From Bacteroidota bacterium (lineage in GTDB: Bacteria > Bacteroidota > Ignavibacteria > UBA10030), in the NCBI GenBank assembly GCA_041695045.1, contig JBGFRR010000063.1, positions 5,754 to 69,753 of the forward strand: a stretch of DNA of 64,000 nt. The letters run 5' to 3'. How positions within the stretch are numbered: position 1 is the first letter of the stretch; every line of letters starts with the position of its first letter. Position numbers and translations under genes: made by a program. Under the pieces are notes generated by a model that was given only the letters and a program-made list of their open reading frames with translations, ran no database searches and was not told the origin of the DNA. Shown here in pieces: positions 40,031-50,420 of this stretch.

Positions 40031-41476
40031 TCAAAGGAGCTTTCCGGCAACATACTGGCGGAGTTTGTCGGCAACGACGCGCTCTTGCAGCATCGAATCG
40101 CGGTCACGCACCGTCACAGTCTGATCCTGCAGCGTTTGCGAGTCTACCGTCACACAGAACGGCGTGCCCGCTTCGTCCTGACGCCGGTAGCGACGGCCGA
40201 CGGCGCCGCTATCGTCATAGAAGACACGATAGTGCGGGCGAAGGTCGTTTTCGATGTTGCGCGCAAACTCCGGCATACCGTCGCGGTTCACGAGCGGAAA
40301 AATGGCAACCTTGGTCGGCGCGAGTTTGGGATGGAGCTTCAAGACCGTGCGGGTCTCCACGCCTCCCTCGGCAGTCGGAGCCTCTTCTTCCCGATACGCA
40401 TCGATCAGAAATGCCATGAACGATCGTGTGGCCCCGGCGGAGGTTTCGATGACGGAGGGCGTGTACTTTTCCTTCGTCTCGTCGTCGAAGTACTTCATGC
40501 TCTTGCCCGAGTATTCCTCGTGTCGCGACAGGTCGTAGTCCGTCCTGTTATGCACGCCCTCGATCTCTCCCCAGCCGAAGGGGAATTGATACTCGATGTC
40601 GTACGCGTCTTTGGCGTAGTGGGCGAGTTTCTCTTTGGAATGCTGATGCCACTGCAGTTTCTCTTTGGTCATGCCGAGATCGACAAACCACTCCATTCGC
40701 TCTGCGCGCCAGTACTCGAACCACTCGTCATCCGTGCCGGGCTTGACGAAGAACTGCATCTCCATCTGCTCGAACTCCCGCGTGCGGAAAAGAAAATTCT
40801 TGGTGTTGATCTCATTGCGGAAGGCTTTGCCAATTTGCGCAATGCCGAAGGGAATCTTAAGCCTCCCCGCGCTTTGCACGTTGAGGAAGTTGACGAAAAT
40901 TCCCTGCGCTGTCTCGGGACGGAGATAGACAACTGCCGAGGAGTCCTCGACCGGACCAACGAAGGTCTTGAACATCAGGTTAAACTTGCGGGCATCAGTG
41001 AATGTGCCCTTGTTACCGCAGTTGGGGCAAGGTAGAAGTTTCGCCACCTGCGCAGCTTTTGCATCAGACTCCACGTGCCTTACGAACTCTTCTACAATGA
41101 CTTCGTCTTCTTGCTGGCCTTCAAATTTCCCGGGCATCAACTCGCGAAGGACTTCTTTCTTTCTTTTCACCGAAAGGTCGTCGAACAACGCGTCCAGCCG
41201 GTACCTCGCCCTACACTGCTTACAATCCACCATCGGGTCGGTGAAGTTCTCGACGTGCCCCGAGGCTTCCCAGACACGCGGGTGCATCAAAATGCTCGCA
41301 TCGACACCCTCGACGTTCTCGCGGTAGGTCATGTTCTTCCACCACTGCTGCTTGAGATTGTTGAGCATCTCGACACCCATCGGCCCAAAGTCCCAGCAAC
41401 CGTTCAGCCCGCCGTAGATTTCGCTCGACTGGTACACAAACCCACGCCTCTTTGCAAGCGAGACAATCTTGTCCAT
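40031..41476 (-). CDS. glyQS: Glycine--tRNA ligase (dimeric class II type)
   Basis: ATG at 41476 (MDKIVSLAKRRGFVYQSSEIYGGLNG...). The ORF-track start at 41479 is a TTG one codon upstream. Confidence 0.9.
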   Translation of the reverse strand: MDKIVSLAKRRGFVYQSSEIYGGLNGCWDFGPMGVEMLNNLKQQWWKNMTYRENVEGVDASILMHPRVWEASGHVENFTDPMVDCKQCRARYRLDALFDDLSVKRKKEVLRELMPGKFEGQQEDEVIVEEFVRHVESDAKAAQVAKLLPCPNCGNKGTFTDARKFNLMFKTFVGPVEDSSAVVYLRPETAQGIFVNFLNVQSAGRLKIPFGIAQIGKAFRNEINTKNFLFRTREFEQMEMQFFVKPGTDDEWFEYWRAERMEWFVDLGMTKEKLQWHQHSKEKLAHYAKDAYDIEYQFPFGWGEIEGVHNRTDYDLSRHEEYSGKSMKYFDDETKEKYTPSVIETSAGATRSFMAFLIDAYREEEAPTAEGGVETRTVLKLHPKLAPTKVAIFPLVNRDGMPEFARNIENDLRPHYRVFYDDSGAVGRRYRRQDEAGTPFCVTVDSQTLQDQTVTVRDRDSMLQERVVADKLRQYVAGKLL

Positions 41477-41576
41477 CAACTTCGAAGGATCAACCGTTGC
41501 CTTATTTCCCTGCTGCTTGCTAATGGGAGCCTCCTTGTCTCATCGTACAGCGTACTTCAATCCTGCACGACCGACT

Positions 41577-42060
<484 letters not shown>

Positions 42061-42070
42061 CTAGAGATCA

Positions 42071-42853
42071 TCACCTATTCCTAAACACCGGCTTCCGCTT
42101 TTCCAAAAACGCCTTTGTCCCCTCCTTGAAATCCTCCGACCCGCAGCAGACTCCGAAAAGACTCGCTTCCAAGGCAAGTCCATCGGTAAGGTTGGTTTCA
42201 TCCGTCATGTTCACGGCTTTCAAGGCAAGCCGGATCGCAACCTGTCCTTTAGAAAGAATCTTCTGTGCTACGGCTTCCGCAGTCGGCACCAGTTGGTCGA
42301 GCGGAACCACTTTGTTCACCAGCCCAATCCGCAGCGCCTCGTGGGCGTCAATCCGGTCGCCGGTCAGGATCATCTCCATTGCCCGACTTTTACCAATAAG
42401 TCGAGCGAGGCGTTGCGTGCCGCCATAGCCCGGAATAACGCCGAGGTTGACTTCGGGCTGACCGAACGTTGCGTTCTCCGATGCAATGCGGATATGGCAC
42501 GCTAACGCCAGCTCACAGCCGCCGCCGAGAGCGTAGCCGTTGACCGCAGCGATGACCGGCTTACCGAAGTTCTCCACGAGATCGAACACCTGCTGGCCAC
42601 CCTCCGCAAACAAGCGTCCCGTCTCCCTCGTAAGCTCGGTCAACTCACCGATATCCGTGCCGGCAACAAACGCTTTCTCACCGGCGCCGGTTAGGATAAC
42701 AACGTGGACGCTGTCGTCGCGTTTGAGCAACTCCAGAAGCTCGTGCAACTCCGACTTCGCCGCTGCATTGAGCGCGTTGAGTTTTTCCGGACGATGAATG
42801 GTAATGTAGCCAATGCCGGATTTTGCTTCATACTGTATGGTTTGATAAGCCAT
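42071..42853 (-). CDS. Enoyl-CoA hydratase (crotonase family)
   Basis: 260 aa; crotonase-fold motifs (VVILTGAGEKAFVAGTDI, and GYALGGGCELALACHIR containing the catalytic Glu). Confidence 0.85.
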   Translation of the reverse strand: MAYQTIQYEAKSGIGYITIHRPEKLNALNAAAKSELHELLELLKRDDSVHVVILTGAGEKAFVAGTDIGELTELTRETGRLFAEGGQQVFDLVENFGKPVIAAVNGYALGGGCELALACHIRIASENATFGQPEVNLGVIPGYGGTQRLARLIGKSRAMEMILTGDRIDAHEALRIGLVNKVVPLDQLVPTAEAVAQKILSKGQVAIRLALKAVNMTDETNLTDGLALEASLFGVCCGSEDFKEGTKAFLEKRKPVFRNR

Positions 42854-42951
42854 GGTGTTGAAACCCGCTGTAAAAATTCAGCCTTGTTGAAACACTATCG
42901 GAGCCGCACTCATTACTCACCACTCACCAATCACGAATCCCTCCTCACCAC

Positions 42952-44016
42952 TCACGCCACCTCAATCCTACTCTGATCACCAATCATAAACCGGTGCACG
43001 CGAGGTTTGCCGTTCGCCTCAACGATCTCGACATCATTACCAAGGATGCTCCCTTCAATACGAATCCCCACGCTCACAATCTTGCAGTCCTGCAGCACGA
43101 TACTATATTCCACTTCGCTGTTCCGTATCACCGTCCTTGCCCCAATCGACGTGAACGGCCCGATATAGCTGTTTTCAATCATACAATCGCTGCCGATAAT
43201 TGCCGGCCCTCGCACCTTACTGTTGATGACTCGCGCACCGGGTTCAATCACCACTTTGCCCGCGACGTCGGATGACTTATCGATCGCTCCTTCGGCACGC
43301 GGAACAATGTTATCGAGGACGAGGCGATTGGCTTCAAGTAAGTCGGATGGTTTGCCGGTGTCCTTCCACCAGCCGGTGATCTCTGCATAGCCGATGCTGT
43401 ATCCCTTGTCGATGAGATACTGATGGGCGTCGGAGATTTCCAACTCACCGCGCGCGCTCGGCTTCAAACTCTTGACCGCCTCGAAGATGTGGCGGTCGTA
43501 GAAATAAATCCCTGCAACGGCATACTGGCTTTTGGGAACAGCGGGTTTTTCCTCCACGCTCACAATCTTGCCGTCGCGAATCTCCGGCACACCGAATCGC
43601 TCCGGGTCTTTCACCCTGGCAAGCGTCAGGAACGCGTTGAAGTTGCTGCGTTCAAACTCCTCCACAAATCGCGTAATCCCACCCACAACCATGTTATCAC
43701 CAAGATAGAACACAAACGGCTCGCCGCCGATGAATCGCTCGCCCAGCTGCACTACCTGCGCTAAACCGCCGGGAGACGGCTGCGGGATGTACGTCAACTT
43801 CGCACCCCATCGTGTGCCGTCGCCGATGAAGCGCGGCACTTCATCGCTGTCGCCATTGTGAACGATGCCGACCTCACGAATTCCCGCTTCCGCCGCCGCC
43901 TCAATCGCGTAATGGAGAATCGGCTTATTGGCGATGGGAATGAGGTGCTTGTTCTGCGTGTGGGTGATGGGCCGAAGTCGTGTGCCACGCCCGCCGCTCG
44001 CAATGAGTGCTTTCAT
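42952..44016 (-). CDS. Sugar-1-phosphate nucleotidyltransferase, long RmlA-like form with C-terminal LbH domain
   Basis: ATG at 44016 (MKALIASGGRGTRLRPITHTQNKHLIP), the G1P-thymidylyltransferase signature, with C-terminal hexapeptide repeats. Confidence 0.75.
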   Translation of the reverse strand: MKALIASGGRGTRLRPITHTQNKHLIPIANKPILHYAIEAAAEAGIREVGIVHNGDSDEVPRFIGDGTRWGAKLTYIPQPSPGGLAQVVQLGERFIGGEPFVFYLGDNMVVGGITRFVEEFERSNFNAFLTLARVKDPERFGVPEIRDGKIVSVEEKPAVPKSQYAVAGIYFYDRHIFEAVKSLKPSARGELEISDAHQYLIDKGYSIGYAEITGWWKDTGKPSDLLEANRLVLDNIVPRAEGAIDKSSDVAGKVVIEPGARVINSKVRGPAIIGSDCMIENSYIGPFTSIGARTVIRNSEVEYSIVLQDCKIVSVGIRIEGSILGNDVEIVEANGKPRVHRFMIGDQSRIEVA

Positions 44017-44474
44017 GCTGTCACGTTCTTCAACTGTTCTTCGAGCTGCTGGCGATGGCGACGGTACTTCGCTGTCGTGAGCTCCGGCAACCAGGAGTGA
44101 AGCGCGCCGGCGTTTGAATTCCAAAGTTCGTCCGGAAACGCTCTGACCACATGCAGAAGTCGAATATGCGTGTTCTCACACTCGCCTTCGATAACGACAC
44201 GCTTCCATCCGCGCCGCCGCTGTGCAGATTCGGAGTTGATGGCTTCCAACTGCTTTGCATCGAACGACGGCAGCGGCTCTGTCCGCTCCACTCTTCCCAA
44301 CCATTCAAGTGCCGTGCTGTCCCAGCCATTCACAACGACCATGGCGTGAAGGACGGGGTCAGCCGGACCCATGTACGTTGACCCGGCCGGTAAACGCTGC
44401 TCAACACTCCCAAGCGCACGCTGGAGCGCTTCCCACTCCGCCTGCATGGCTTCGCTGTGTTCGTGTTTCGTCAT
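44013..44474 (-). CDS. Hypothetical protein (153 aa), operon member
   Basis: ATGA start/stop overlaps with both neighbours. No recognised domain. Confidence 0.45.
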   Translation of the reverse strand: MTKHEHSEAMQAEWEALQRALGSVEQRLPAGSTYMGPADPVLHAMVVVNGWDSTALEWLGRVERTEPLPSFDAKQLEAINSESAQRRRGWKRVVIEGECENTHIRLLHVVRAFPDELWNSNAGALHSWLPELTTAKYRRHRQQLEEQLKNVTA

Positions 44475-45292
44475 CGCAGAACAGCCTTTCGCGTAGTAAC
44501 CGGAACCTCGCGCCGTTCACGCTTCTCAAAGATTGCAACACGCCCGCGGCCATAACGCTCGATCAGCTCAACGGCAAGGTTGAAATCCCTCCCCACATCG
44601 GACGGATGATGCGCGTCGGAACCGAGTGTTAAGGGGATGCTGAACTCGTTCGCCATCGCGAGAATTGCTTCGCTTGGGTAGACTTCATTCACGGGCTTGC
44701 GGAGGCCGGATGTATTGACCTCGATGCAAAGCCCATGCTCTTTGACCGCCCGCATGGTTTCCCGGATAGGCTCCGTCATGTCCTTTGTCGGGCGATGGCC
44801 GAATTTCTTCACCAGGTCACAATGGCCGATGATGTCGAAAAGACCGCACGTCGCAGAGTTCCGGATGGCCTCAAAATACTGCTCGTACACTTCGTCAATA
44901 TTTCTCTCTTCGTAGCGGTGAACAAAGATGGCGGAGTCGAACCCCCACTCACCAAGAAAATGCACCGAGCCGATAACGTAATCAAACTCTCTCTGTCGAA
45001 TGAACTCCGCAACCCACTCCTCCGTGCCCGGATAAAAATCCGCCTCCAATCCCCGACGTACGCGAACGATGCCGCGATACTTCTCGGTCATCTCGCTGAC
45101 AGTAGGCACGTAGAGCGCATCAAACTGCTCTACCGTCATGCGATGTTCGATGTCGAACTCATTCGGCATCGGCGAATGCTCCGAGCAGCCGATTTCATCC
45201 AGTCCGATCTCTACGGCATGGCGGATGTAATCCTCAAGCTCACCTTCGGCATGCTTACAGAGGGAGGTATGGGTATGATAGTCGACGAGCAT
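44471..45292 (-). CDS. PHP-family phosphoesterase (histidinol-phosphatase-like)
   Basis: ATG at 45292 (MLVDYHTHTSLCKHAEG...), the PHP HxH motif. Overlaps the upstream stop as TAATG. Confidence 0.75.
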   Translation of the reverse strand: MLVDYHTHTSLCKHAEGELEDYIRHAVEIGLDEIGCSEHSPMPNEFDIEHRMTVEQFDALYVPTVSEMTEKYRGIVRVRRGLEADFYPGTEEWVAEFIRQREFDYVIGSVHFLGEWGFDSAIFVHRYEERNIDEVYEQYFEAIRNSATCGLFDIIGHCDLVKKFGHRPTKDMTEPIRETMRAVKEHGLCIEVNTSGLRKPVNEVYPSEAILAMANEFSIPLTLGSDAHHPSDVGRDFNLAVELIERYGRGRVAIFEKRERREVPVTTRKAVLR

Positions 45293-46173
45293 TATGACAG
45301 TGCACTGCGCAGTTGTGCGGCTTGACGTGGAGTGATGCGTTTCTCTGCTTCCAGGACGCGAACGGCATAGCGTCCCAACGCACAATACACCGTTACGAGG
45401 TCGGGATATTGCCGCTGAAGCGCTCTGCGGTGCGTCCGAACCGTCCCGGCGCTTCCACGAGTGAAGGGCCCGGTCAGCGCTTGCGTTGGGCCCACACGCA
45501 CAGCATTCTCGATGCTGGTCATCAGCAATTTCGTGAACGGCGCGAGGCTATTGCGCGCGTGGAATCGTCTCGAAAGCTCAACCACGACACTCAGCAGAAG
45601 AACGGGGAAATTCGAGGCGAACACACACGCAAGATGATACAAAATTTTCTCTCCTTTTGGAACTTCGATTGCACGCCCGCCCAAGAGCCGAACAATCTGC
45701 CGTGCGACGCGGAGCGCCGTGCGGTCTCCCTCGATGCCGTACGTTACGCCGTGCATCGCCCTGAGCTGCGACGTCAGTGGAACATTGGGGGAGAACGTTT
45801 GGATCGGATGCAGAGAACCTACGTGTGCGCCACGCCGCGCGAGCGGAGCGAACACATCGCTTGACACTGCACCAGCCGTGTGGTACACGAACAGGTTCTT
45901 CCAATCGAATGAACGATCAGCCGCAAGCGAGCGCGCAACGGTCGGAAGAACATTCTCCGGCGTTGCCACGAGCACGACGTCGACCTCCGGCGACAGAGCG
46001 GAAAGACGCGAGGAGTAACTCTTACAGCAAACACGTTGAGCGCAGCGACGCGCCGATGAGCGGCTGCGACTGACGACCGACACAATCTTGTGCCCCCGAC
46101 GATGCAGCAACACGGCAAGTGTCGTTCCCACACGACCAGCCCCGATAACGGCGACCTTCAGGCGGCGAGGCAC
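45292..46173 (-). CDS. Rossmann-fold NAD(P)-binding protein, DUF2520 family
   Basis: GTG start directly after the Memo-like stop. KVAVIGAGRVG dinucleotide-binding motif. DUF2520-like C-terminus. Confidence 0.6.
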   Translation of the reverse strand: MPRRLKVAVIGAGRVGTTLAVLLHRRGHKIVSVVSRSRSSARRCAQRVCCKSYSSRLSALSPEVDVVLVATPENVLPTVARSLAADRSFDWKNLFVYHTAGAVSSDVFAPLARRGAHVGSLHPIQTFSPNVPLTSQLRAMHGVTYGIEGDRTALRVARQIVRLLGGRAIEVPKGEKILYHLACVFASNFPVLLLSVVVELSRRFHARNSLAPFTKLLMTSIENAVRVGPTQALTGPFTRGSAGTVRTHRRALQRQYPDLVTVYCALGRYAVRVLEAEKRITPRQAAQLRSALS

Positions 46174-47022
46174 TCAGCTCCCCCTCTGCTTGTCTGCCGG
46201 TTCGCGGTAAAACGCAGCGCAAAGATAGCCCACAACGGCATCATGCTGGCCTGTAACATCGCCGGAATTATAGTAGGTAAGAACATGCGATCGGGTGGCA
46301 CCGAGACGCTTCGCGCATTGCATGACGGCTACCATCGGTCCGCCGCCACAGGCTTCAACAACCTCCCGCTCGAGGTCGTGCATCAGTCGCTCATCGTCGA
46401 ACGCTTCGACTGCCTCAATCACGCTGCGGTCGAGCGCTACGGCCTCATGGTATGGATGGTAGTGTGAGAGATCGCTGCTGGCAATCAGCAGTACATCGCG
46501 TCCTTGCAAAACATCCGCCAGTGTTGTGCCAAGCATGTCGCATACTTCGCGTCGCTGGTCCCCCAACACAAGCGGCAGGAACGAAAACGACCCGAGCGTT
46601 TGCTGGAGGAATGGCAACTGCACTTCGATCGCATGCTCTGAACGATGTCCGGCTTCCGAGACGAGTATCCATGGCGCGTGGGCTAAGAGCTGTTTCCGGA
46701 GGTCGTGGGCAAGGGGCACGTCGCCTAATGGGGTGCGGTATGCCTCTCCGGGAAATACAGAAACGCCGCGAAAATATTCACGGTGACTCGGCCCAACGAT
46801 AACGACGGTTGGAAACGTCAACCCATCGAGCAGCGTGTACCCCTCGGCCGCGGCTTGTCCGGAATAGACGTAGCCGGCGTGTGGTTCGATCAGTGCGACG
46901 AGCGTTCCCGGCTCGCGGCGCGCGTGGGCGGCTTGAAGCATCCGAGCAACGTCGTTCGAAAGCGTCTCGGGGTGTGCAGGATAGAAATAACCGGCGACTG
47001 CAGCAGGTCGAATGGAGGGCAT
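46174..47022 (-). CDS. Memo-like protein (AmmeMemoRadiSam system protein B)
   Basis: 282 aa; MPSIRPAAVAGYFYP... extradiol-dioxygenase-like Memo fold with conserved His/Asp. Confidence 0.8.
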   Translation of the reverse strand: MPSIRPAAVAGYFYPAHPETLSNDVARMLQAAHARREPGTLVALIEPHAGYVYSGQAAAEGYTLLDGLTFPTVVIVGPSHREYFRGVSVFPGEAYRTPLGDVPLAHDLRKQLLAHAPWILVSEAGHRSEHAIEVQLPFLQQTLGSFSFLPLVLGDQRREVCDMLGTTLADVLQGRDVLLIASSDLSHYHPYHEAVALDRSVIEAVEAFDDERLMHDLEREVVEACGGGPMVAVMQCAKRLGATRSHVLTYYNSGDVTGQHDAVVGYLCAAFYREPADKQRGS

Positions 47023-47026
47023 GCCG

Positions 47027-47596
47027 TTATGAAATGGTCGAGGCGCGGTAGTGCGACTCGCTAATGGTTTCCGTTGTGAATGTGTACAATCGAATTCCCG
47101 ATTTCTTCCACGAATCCGGCGGGAGTCCCGCCTTCAACGCGGTATGACGCAGAAACTGTTCGCGATCCCACCCCTGCTCGGTCGCTACTTGCGGCAAGAG
47201 TAACCCGCGTGTAAAGCCGGCGTCGATCACTAAGCCGTGCTTGCCCACCTCAATCTCCTCTATGCTCATCACTCGATCGAGTGAAGATAAGATGGAAACC
47301 TCCACCTGCACGGAAGGCCACTCATCGCGCGTCAGGGGCGGAAAGCGCGGGTCTTCAAACGCTGCCTTCTGGGCGACTTCGATCATCGCGAACGCGAGCG
47401 GTACTCGTGGCTCAACATAGCCGATGCAGCCGCGGAGCTCGCCGTTACTTTTGAGCGTCACAAACACGCCTCGCGGTTCAAGCAGCGATGCCGGCAGGTC
47501 ATCCGTCGATGGCGGCGCAGAGAGATTGAGCGCGCTCTCAATGCTCATGCGCGCAAGCGTGATGAGGCAGTGCCGTTCTTCTTCGGTCAGGGCCAT
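47027..47596 (-). CDS. AMMECR1-domain protein (AmmeMemoRadiSam system protein A)
   Basis: 189 aa; RGCIGYVEP and LLPQVATEQGW motifs of AMMECR1. Confidence 0.8.
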   Translation of the reverse strand: MALTEEERHCLITLARMSIESALNLSAPPSTDDLPASLLEPRGVFVTLKSNGELRGCIGYVEPRVPLAFAMIEVAQKAAFEDPRFPPLTRDEWPSVQVEVSILSSLDRVMSIEEIEVGKHGLVIDAGFTRGLLLPQVATEQGWDREQFLRHTALKAGLPPDSWKKSGIRLYTFTTETISESHYRASTIS

Positions 47597-47717
47597 AGCT
47601 CAATCCTCATCGTGTCCACAAAATACTGAAGCCGCGCGTAACATTCAAGGAAGCGCTCGTTTCTTGCTTCTCGGAGGGGTGTTTCGTACATTCGACACGC
47701 ATTTTGAAAGGACACAC

Positions 47718-49094
47718 ATGTCGCTCATGGTGAGCATCTCGGGCATTCGAGGAATCGTCGGCGCCACGCTGACGCCCGAAATCGTTGTGCAATATGCATC
47801 CGCATTCGCGCAGTACTGCAACCGCGGCCGGATTGTGATCGGAAGGGATGGACGAATCACCGGCAAGAGTATCGGCCACATCCTCTCCTCAACACTCCTC
47901 TCGATGGGGTGCGACGTGATTGCGCTTGGTGTGTCCCCTACGCCGACTGTGCAGCTTGCCGTATCGAGAATGAAGGCCTCCGGAGGAGTCTCCGTCACCG
48001 CCAGCCACAATCCGATGGAATGGAACGGGATGAAATTCATCTCGCCAAGCGGGATGTTCCTCGACCGCGAAGAGAGCGAACGATTCTGGACCATCGCCCG
48101 GCGCCCTGAACGAACATACGCAGCGTGGGGTCGACAGGGGAAGCATGCCGCCGACGACACATTCATCGCCAAGCACATCGAGGCAATTCTCTCCCTTCCT
48201 CTTCTGAATGTGGAGATTGTTCGAAAACGTCGGCTGAGGGTGGTGGTGGACTGCGTGAATGCGAGCGCCGGTGCGATGGTGCCCAGACTCCTGCGCGAAT
48301 TCGGTTGCACCGTCATCGAAATGAACTGCGACCTCTCCGGAATCTTTTCTCACAAACCCGAACCCCTCCCCGAGAATCTTTCCGAACTCTGTGCTCGTGT
48401 CAAGGCCGAAGAAGCCGACCTCGGCATCGCCGTGGACCCCGATGGAGACCGGCTCGCGCTGACCGATGAGCACGGAGCGCCATTCGGTGAAGAATACACT
48501 ATTGCCAGCGCCGTGCGGTTTGTGTTGGAGAAAGAAGCCAGATTGCAGACGGCAGAGAGCAGAAAGCAGCAATCGGTCGTTGTTAATCTTTCAACAACAC
48601 GGGCAGTGGATGATATAGCGAAGCAATATGGAGCACAAGTGTATCGAACTCCTGTTGGAGAGATTAACGTCGCAAAGAAAATGAAAGAAGTGGGATCGCT
48701 CATCGGCGGTGAGGGAAGCGGCGGCGTGATTCTTCCTGCACTTCATTTCGCGCGTGATGCCTCGGTCGGTATTGGACTCATCTTGCAGCTCCTCGCTGAG
48801 TTTGGAGGTCCACTGTCTCAACTCAAGAAATCCATGCCGCAATACGTCATCACGAAGACCCAAATTGCCGTAGACTTTGGAAACATCGACAGCGCGCTAC
48901 AACGATTAGTGGACAGGTACGGGCGCAACGGAAATGTTACAACGTTGGATGGCGTGAAGATCGATTTCGAAGACTCGTGGGTGCACCTGCGCAAGTCCAA
49001 CACCGAGCCAATCATCCGCATCATTGCAGAAGCACGAACGAAAGAAGCGGCCGAGGAGTTAACTCGGTCAGTGTGCAAGGATTTGAAAGCATAG
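47718..49094 (+). CDS. glmM: Phosphoglucosamine mutase / phosphohexomutase family
   Basis: ATG at 47718 (MSLMVSISGIRG...). Active-site Ser loop TASHNP, metal-binding DPDGDR, sugar-binding GGEGSGG. The upstream ORF extension is rejected. Confidence 0.8.
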   Translation: MSLMVSISGIRGIVGATLTPEIVVQYASAFAQYCNRGRIVIGRDGRITGKSIGHILSSTLLSMGCDVIALGVSPTPTVQLAVSRMKASGGVSVTASHNPMEWNGMKFISPSGMFLDREESERFWTIARRPERTYAAWGRQGKHAADDTFIAKHIEAILSLPLLNVEIVRKRRLRVVVDCVNASAGAMVPRLLREFGCTVIEMNCDLSGIFSHKPEPLPENLSELCARVKAEEADLGIAVDPDGDRLALTDEHGAPFGEEYTIASAVRFVLEKEARLQTAESRKQQSVVVNLSTTRAVDDIAKQYGAQVYRTPVGEINVAKKMKEVGSLIGGEGSGGVILPALHFARDASVGIGLILQLLAEFGGPLSQLKKSMPQYVITKTQIAVDFGNIDSALQRLVDRYGRNGNVTTLDGVKIDFEDSWVHLRKSNTEPIIRIIAEARTKEAAEELTRSVCKDLKA

Positions 49095-49102
49095 AGGACA
49101 GA

Positions 49103-50074
49103 ATGATTCCCTGCGTCCAGAGCATTCTCCTGTTCACCCTTGTGGCCCTCTGCGGACCGTTCGAGAGGATGTTGCAAAATCCCCAAACGAATGTTCAACG
49201 CTCCGAAGCAACATCCCTCTTCGGGCAGCCTCTCATTCCTCCGCCGCTTCCTCCCACCGTGAAAGCCCGGCTGGATTCTCAGTATGCCGCAGCGCGAGCA
49301 ACGTACGATAACAACCCAAACGACGCAGACGCAATCATCTGGCTCGGTCGGCGCCTCGGATATCTCTGGCGCTACCGTGAGGCTCTTGAGGTTTTCTCCG
49401 AAGGCATCGCCAAACATCCGAACGATGCGCGAATGTATCGGCATCGAGGCCATCGGTTCATCACCGTGCGGGAATTCGACAAGGCCATTGCCGACTTAGA
49501 ACACGCAGCATCGCTGATTCGTAACCGACCAGACGAGATTGAGCCTGACGGCGCGCCCAATCCGTACAACATCCCGACGAGCACGCTCAACTCAAACGTC
49601 TGGTATCATCTCGGATTGGCGTACTATCTGAAGGGCGATTTCCCGAATGCTCTCCGCGCGTATCGTGAGTGCATGAAGTTCTTGACGAACGACGACATGC
49701 TCTGTGCAACCGCCGACTGGCTGTACATGACGCTTCGGCGGCTCAGCAAGCACGACGAGGCCCAAGCGGTGTTGAACCCCATCCGCGCAGATATGAAGAT
49801 TCTTGAGAATCACTCATACCACCGCCGCCTGCTGATGTATAAAGGAGAGCTTACGCCGGACTCATTGCTTTCTCCACAGACCCGCCTACGGCGGGAGAAC
49901 GCATCCGACCTCGACCTGGCGACGCAGGGTTACGGCGTCGGCAATTGGTATCTGTACAATGGAGACACAACACGAGCAACGGCCATTTTCCAACGCGTGG
50001 TCTCGGGAACGCACTGGGCAGCGTTCGGCTACATCGCCGCCGAAGCGGACTTGAAACGATTGCGGGACAAGTAG
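49103..50074 (+). CDS. Secreted hypothetical protein (TPR-like)
   Basis: ATG at 49103 with a signal peptide (MIPCVQSILLFTLVALCGP). No family recognised. Confidence 0.5.
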   Translation: MIPCVQSILLFTLVALCGPFERMLQNPQTNVQRSEATSLFGQPLIPPPLPPTVKARLDSQYAAARATYDNNPNDADAIIWLGRRLGYLWRYREALEVFSEGIAKHPNDARMYRHRGHRFITVREFDKAIADLEHAASLIRNRPDEIEPDGAPNPYNIPTSTLNSNVWYHLGLAYYLKGDFPNALRAYRECMKFLTNDDMLCATADWLYMTLRRLSKHDEAQAVLNPIRADMKILENHSYHRRLLMYKGELTPDSLLSPQTRLRRENASDLDLATQGYGVGNWYLYNGDTTRATAIFQRVVSGTHWAAFGYIAAEADLKRLRDK

Positions 50075-50122
50075 AAAAATCTGAACTGACTACTATCAAC
50101 TACCTCTATCCACTCTCTTCCC

Positions 50123-50404
50123 ATGATCCTCTCGAAAGTCACCGGGACCATCGTCTCGACGCAGAAGAATGAAACGCTCCATGAGTACAAGCTGCTCATC
50201 GTTCAACCCATTGATCTCGAAGGCAACCCCATCGGTCGCGACATGTTGGCAATCGACCGCGTCGATGCGGGAGTGGGCGATACCGTCCTTGTTCTGCAGG
50301 AAGGTGCCAGCGCCCAGCAAGTCTTGAACCGAAAAAACGTTCCGGTGCACACGGTTGTCGTTGCTGTTGTCGACGGCCTTTCCATCGAACCCCACACTTC
50401 CTGA
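50123..50404 (+). CDS. EutN/PduN/CcmL-family bacterial microcompartment vertex protein (orphan)
   Basis: 93 aa; MILSKVTGTIVSTQKNETLHEYKLLIVQP closely matches the PduN/EutN N-terminus (VTGxVWSTQK...KLLLV). Confidence 0.7.
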   Translation: MILSKVTGTIVSTQKNETLHEYKLLIVQPIDLEGNPIGRDMLAIDRVDAGVGDTVLVLQEGASAQQVLNRKNVPVHTVVVAVVDGLSIEPHTS

Positions 50405-50420
50405 CAGCCCGAGCGCAGTC

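Noticed and set aside
39269-41035. 588-aa plus-strand ORF
   Set aside because: Antisense to glyQS and the upstream hypothetical. No domain signatures.
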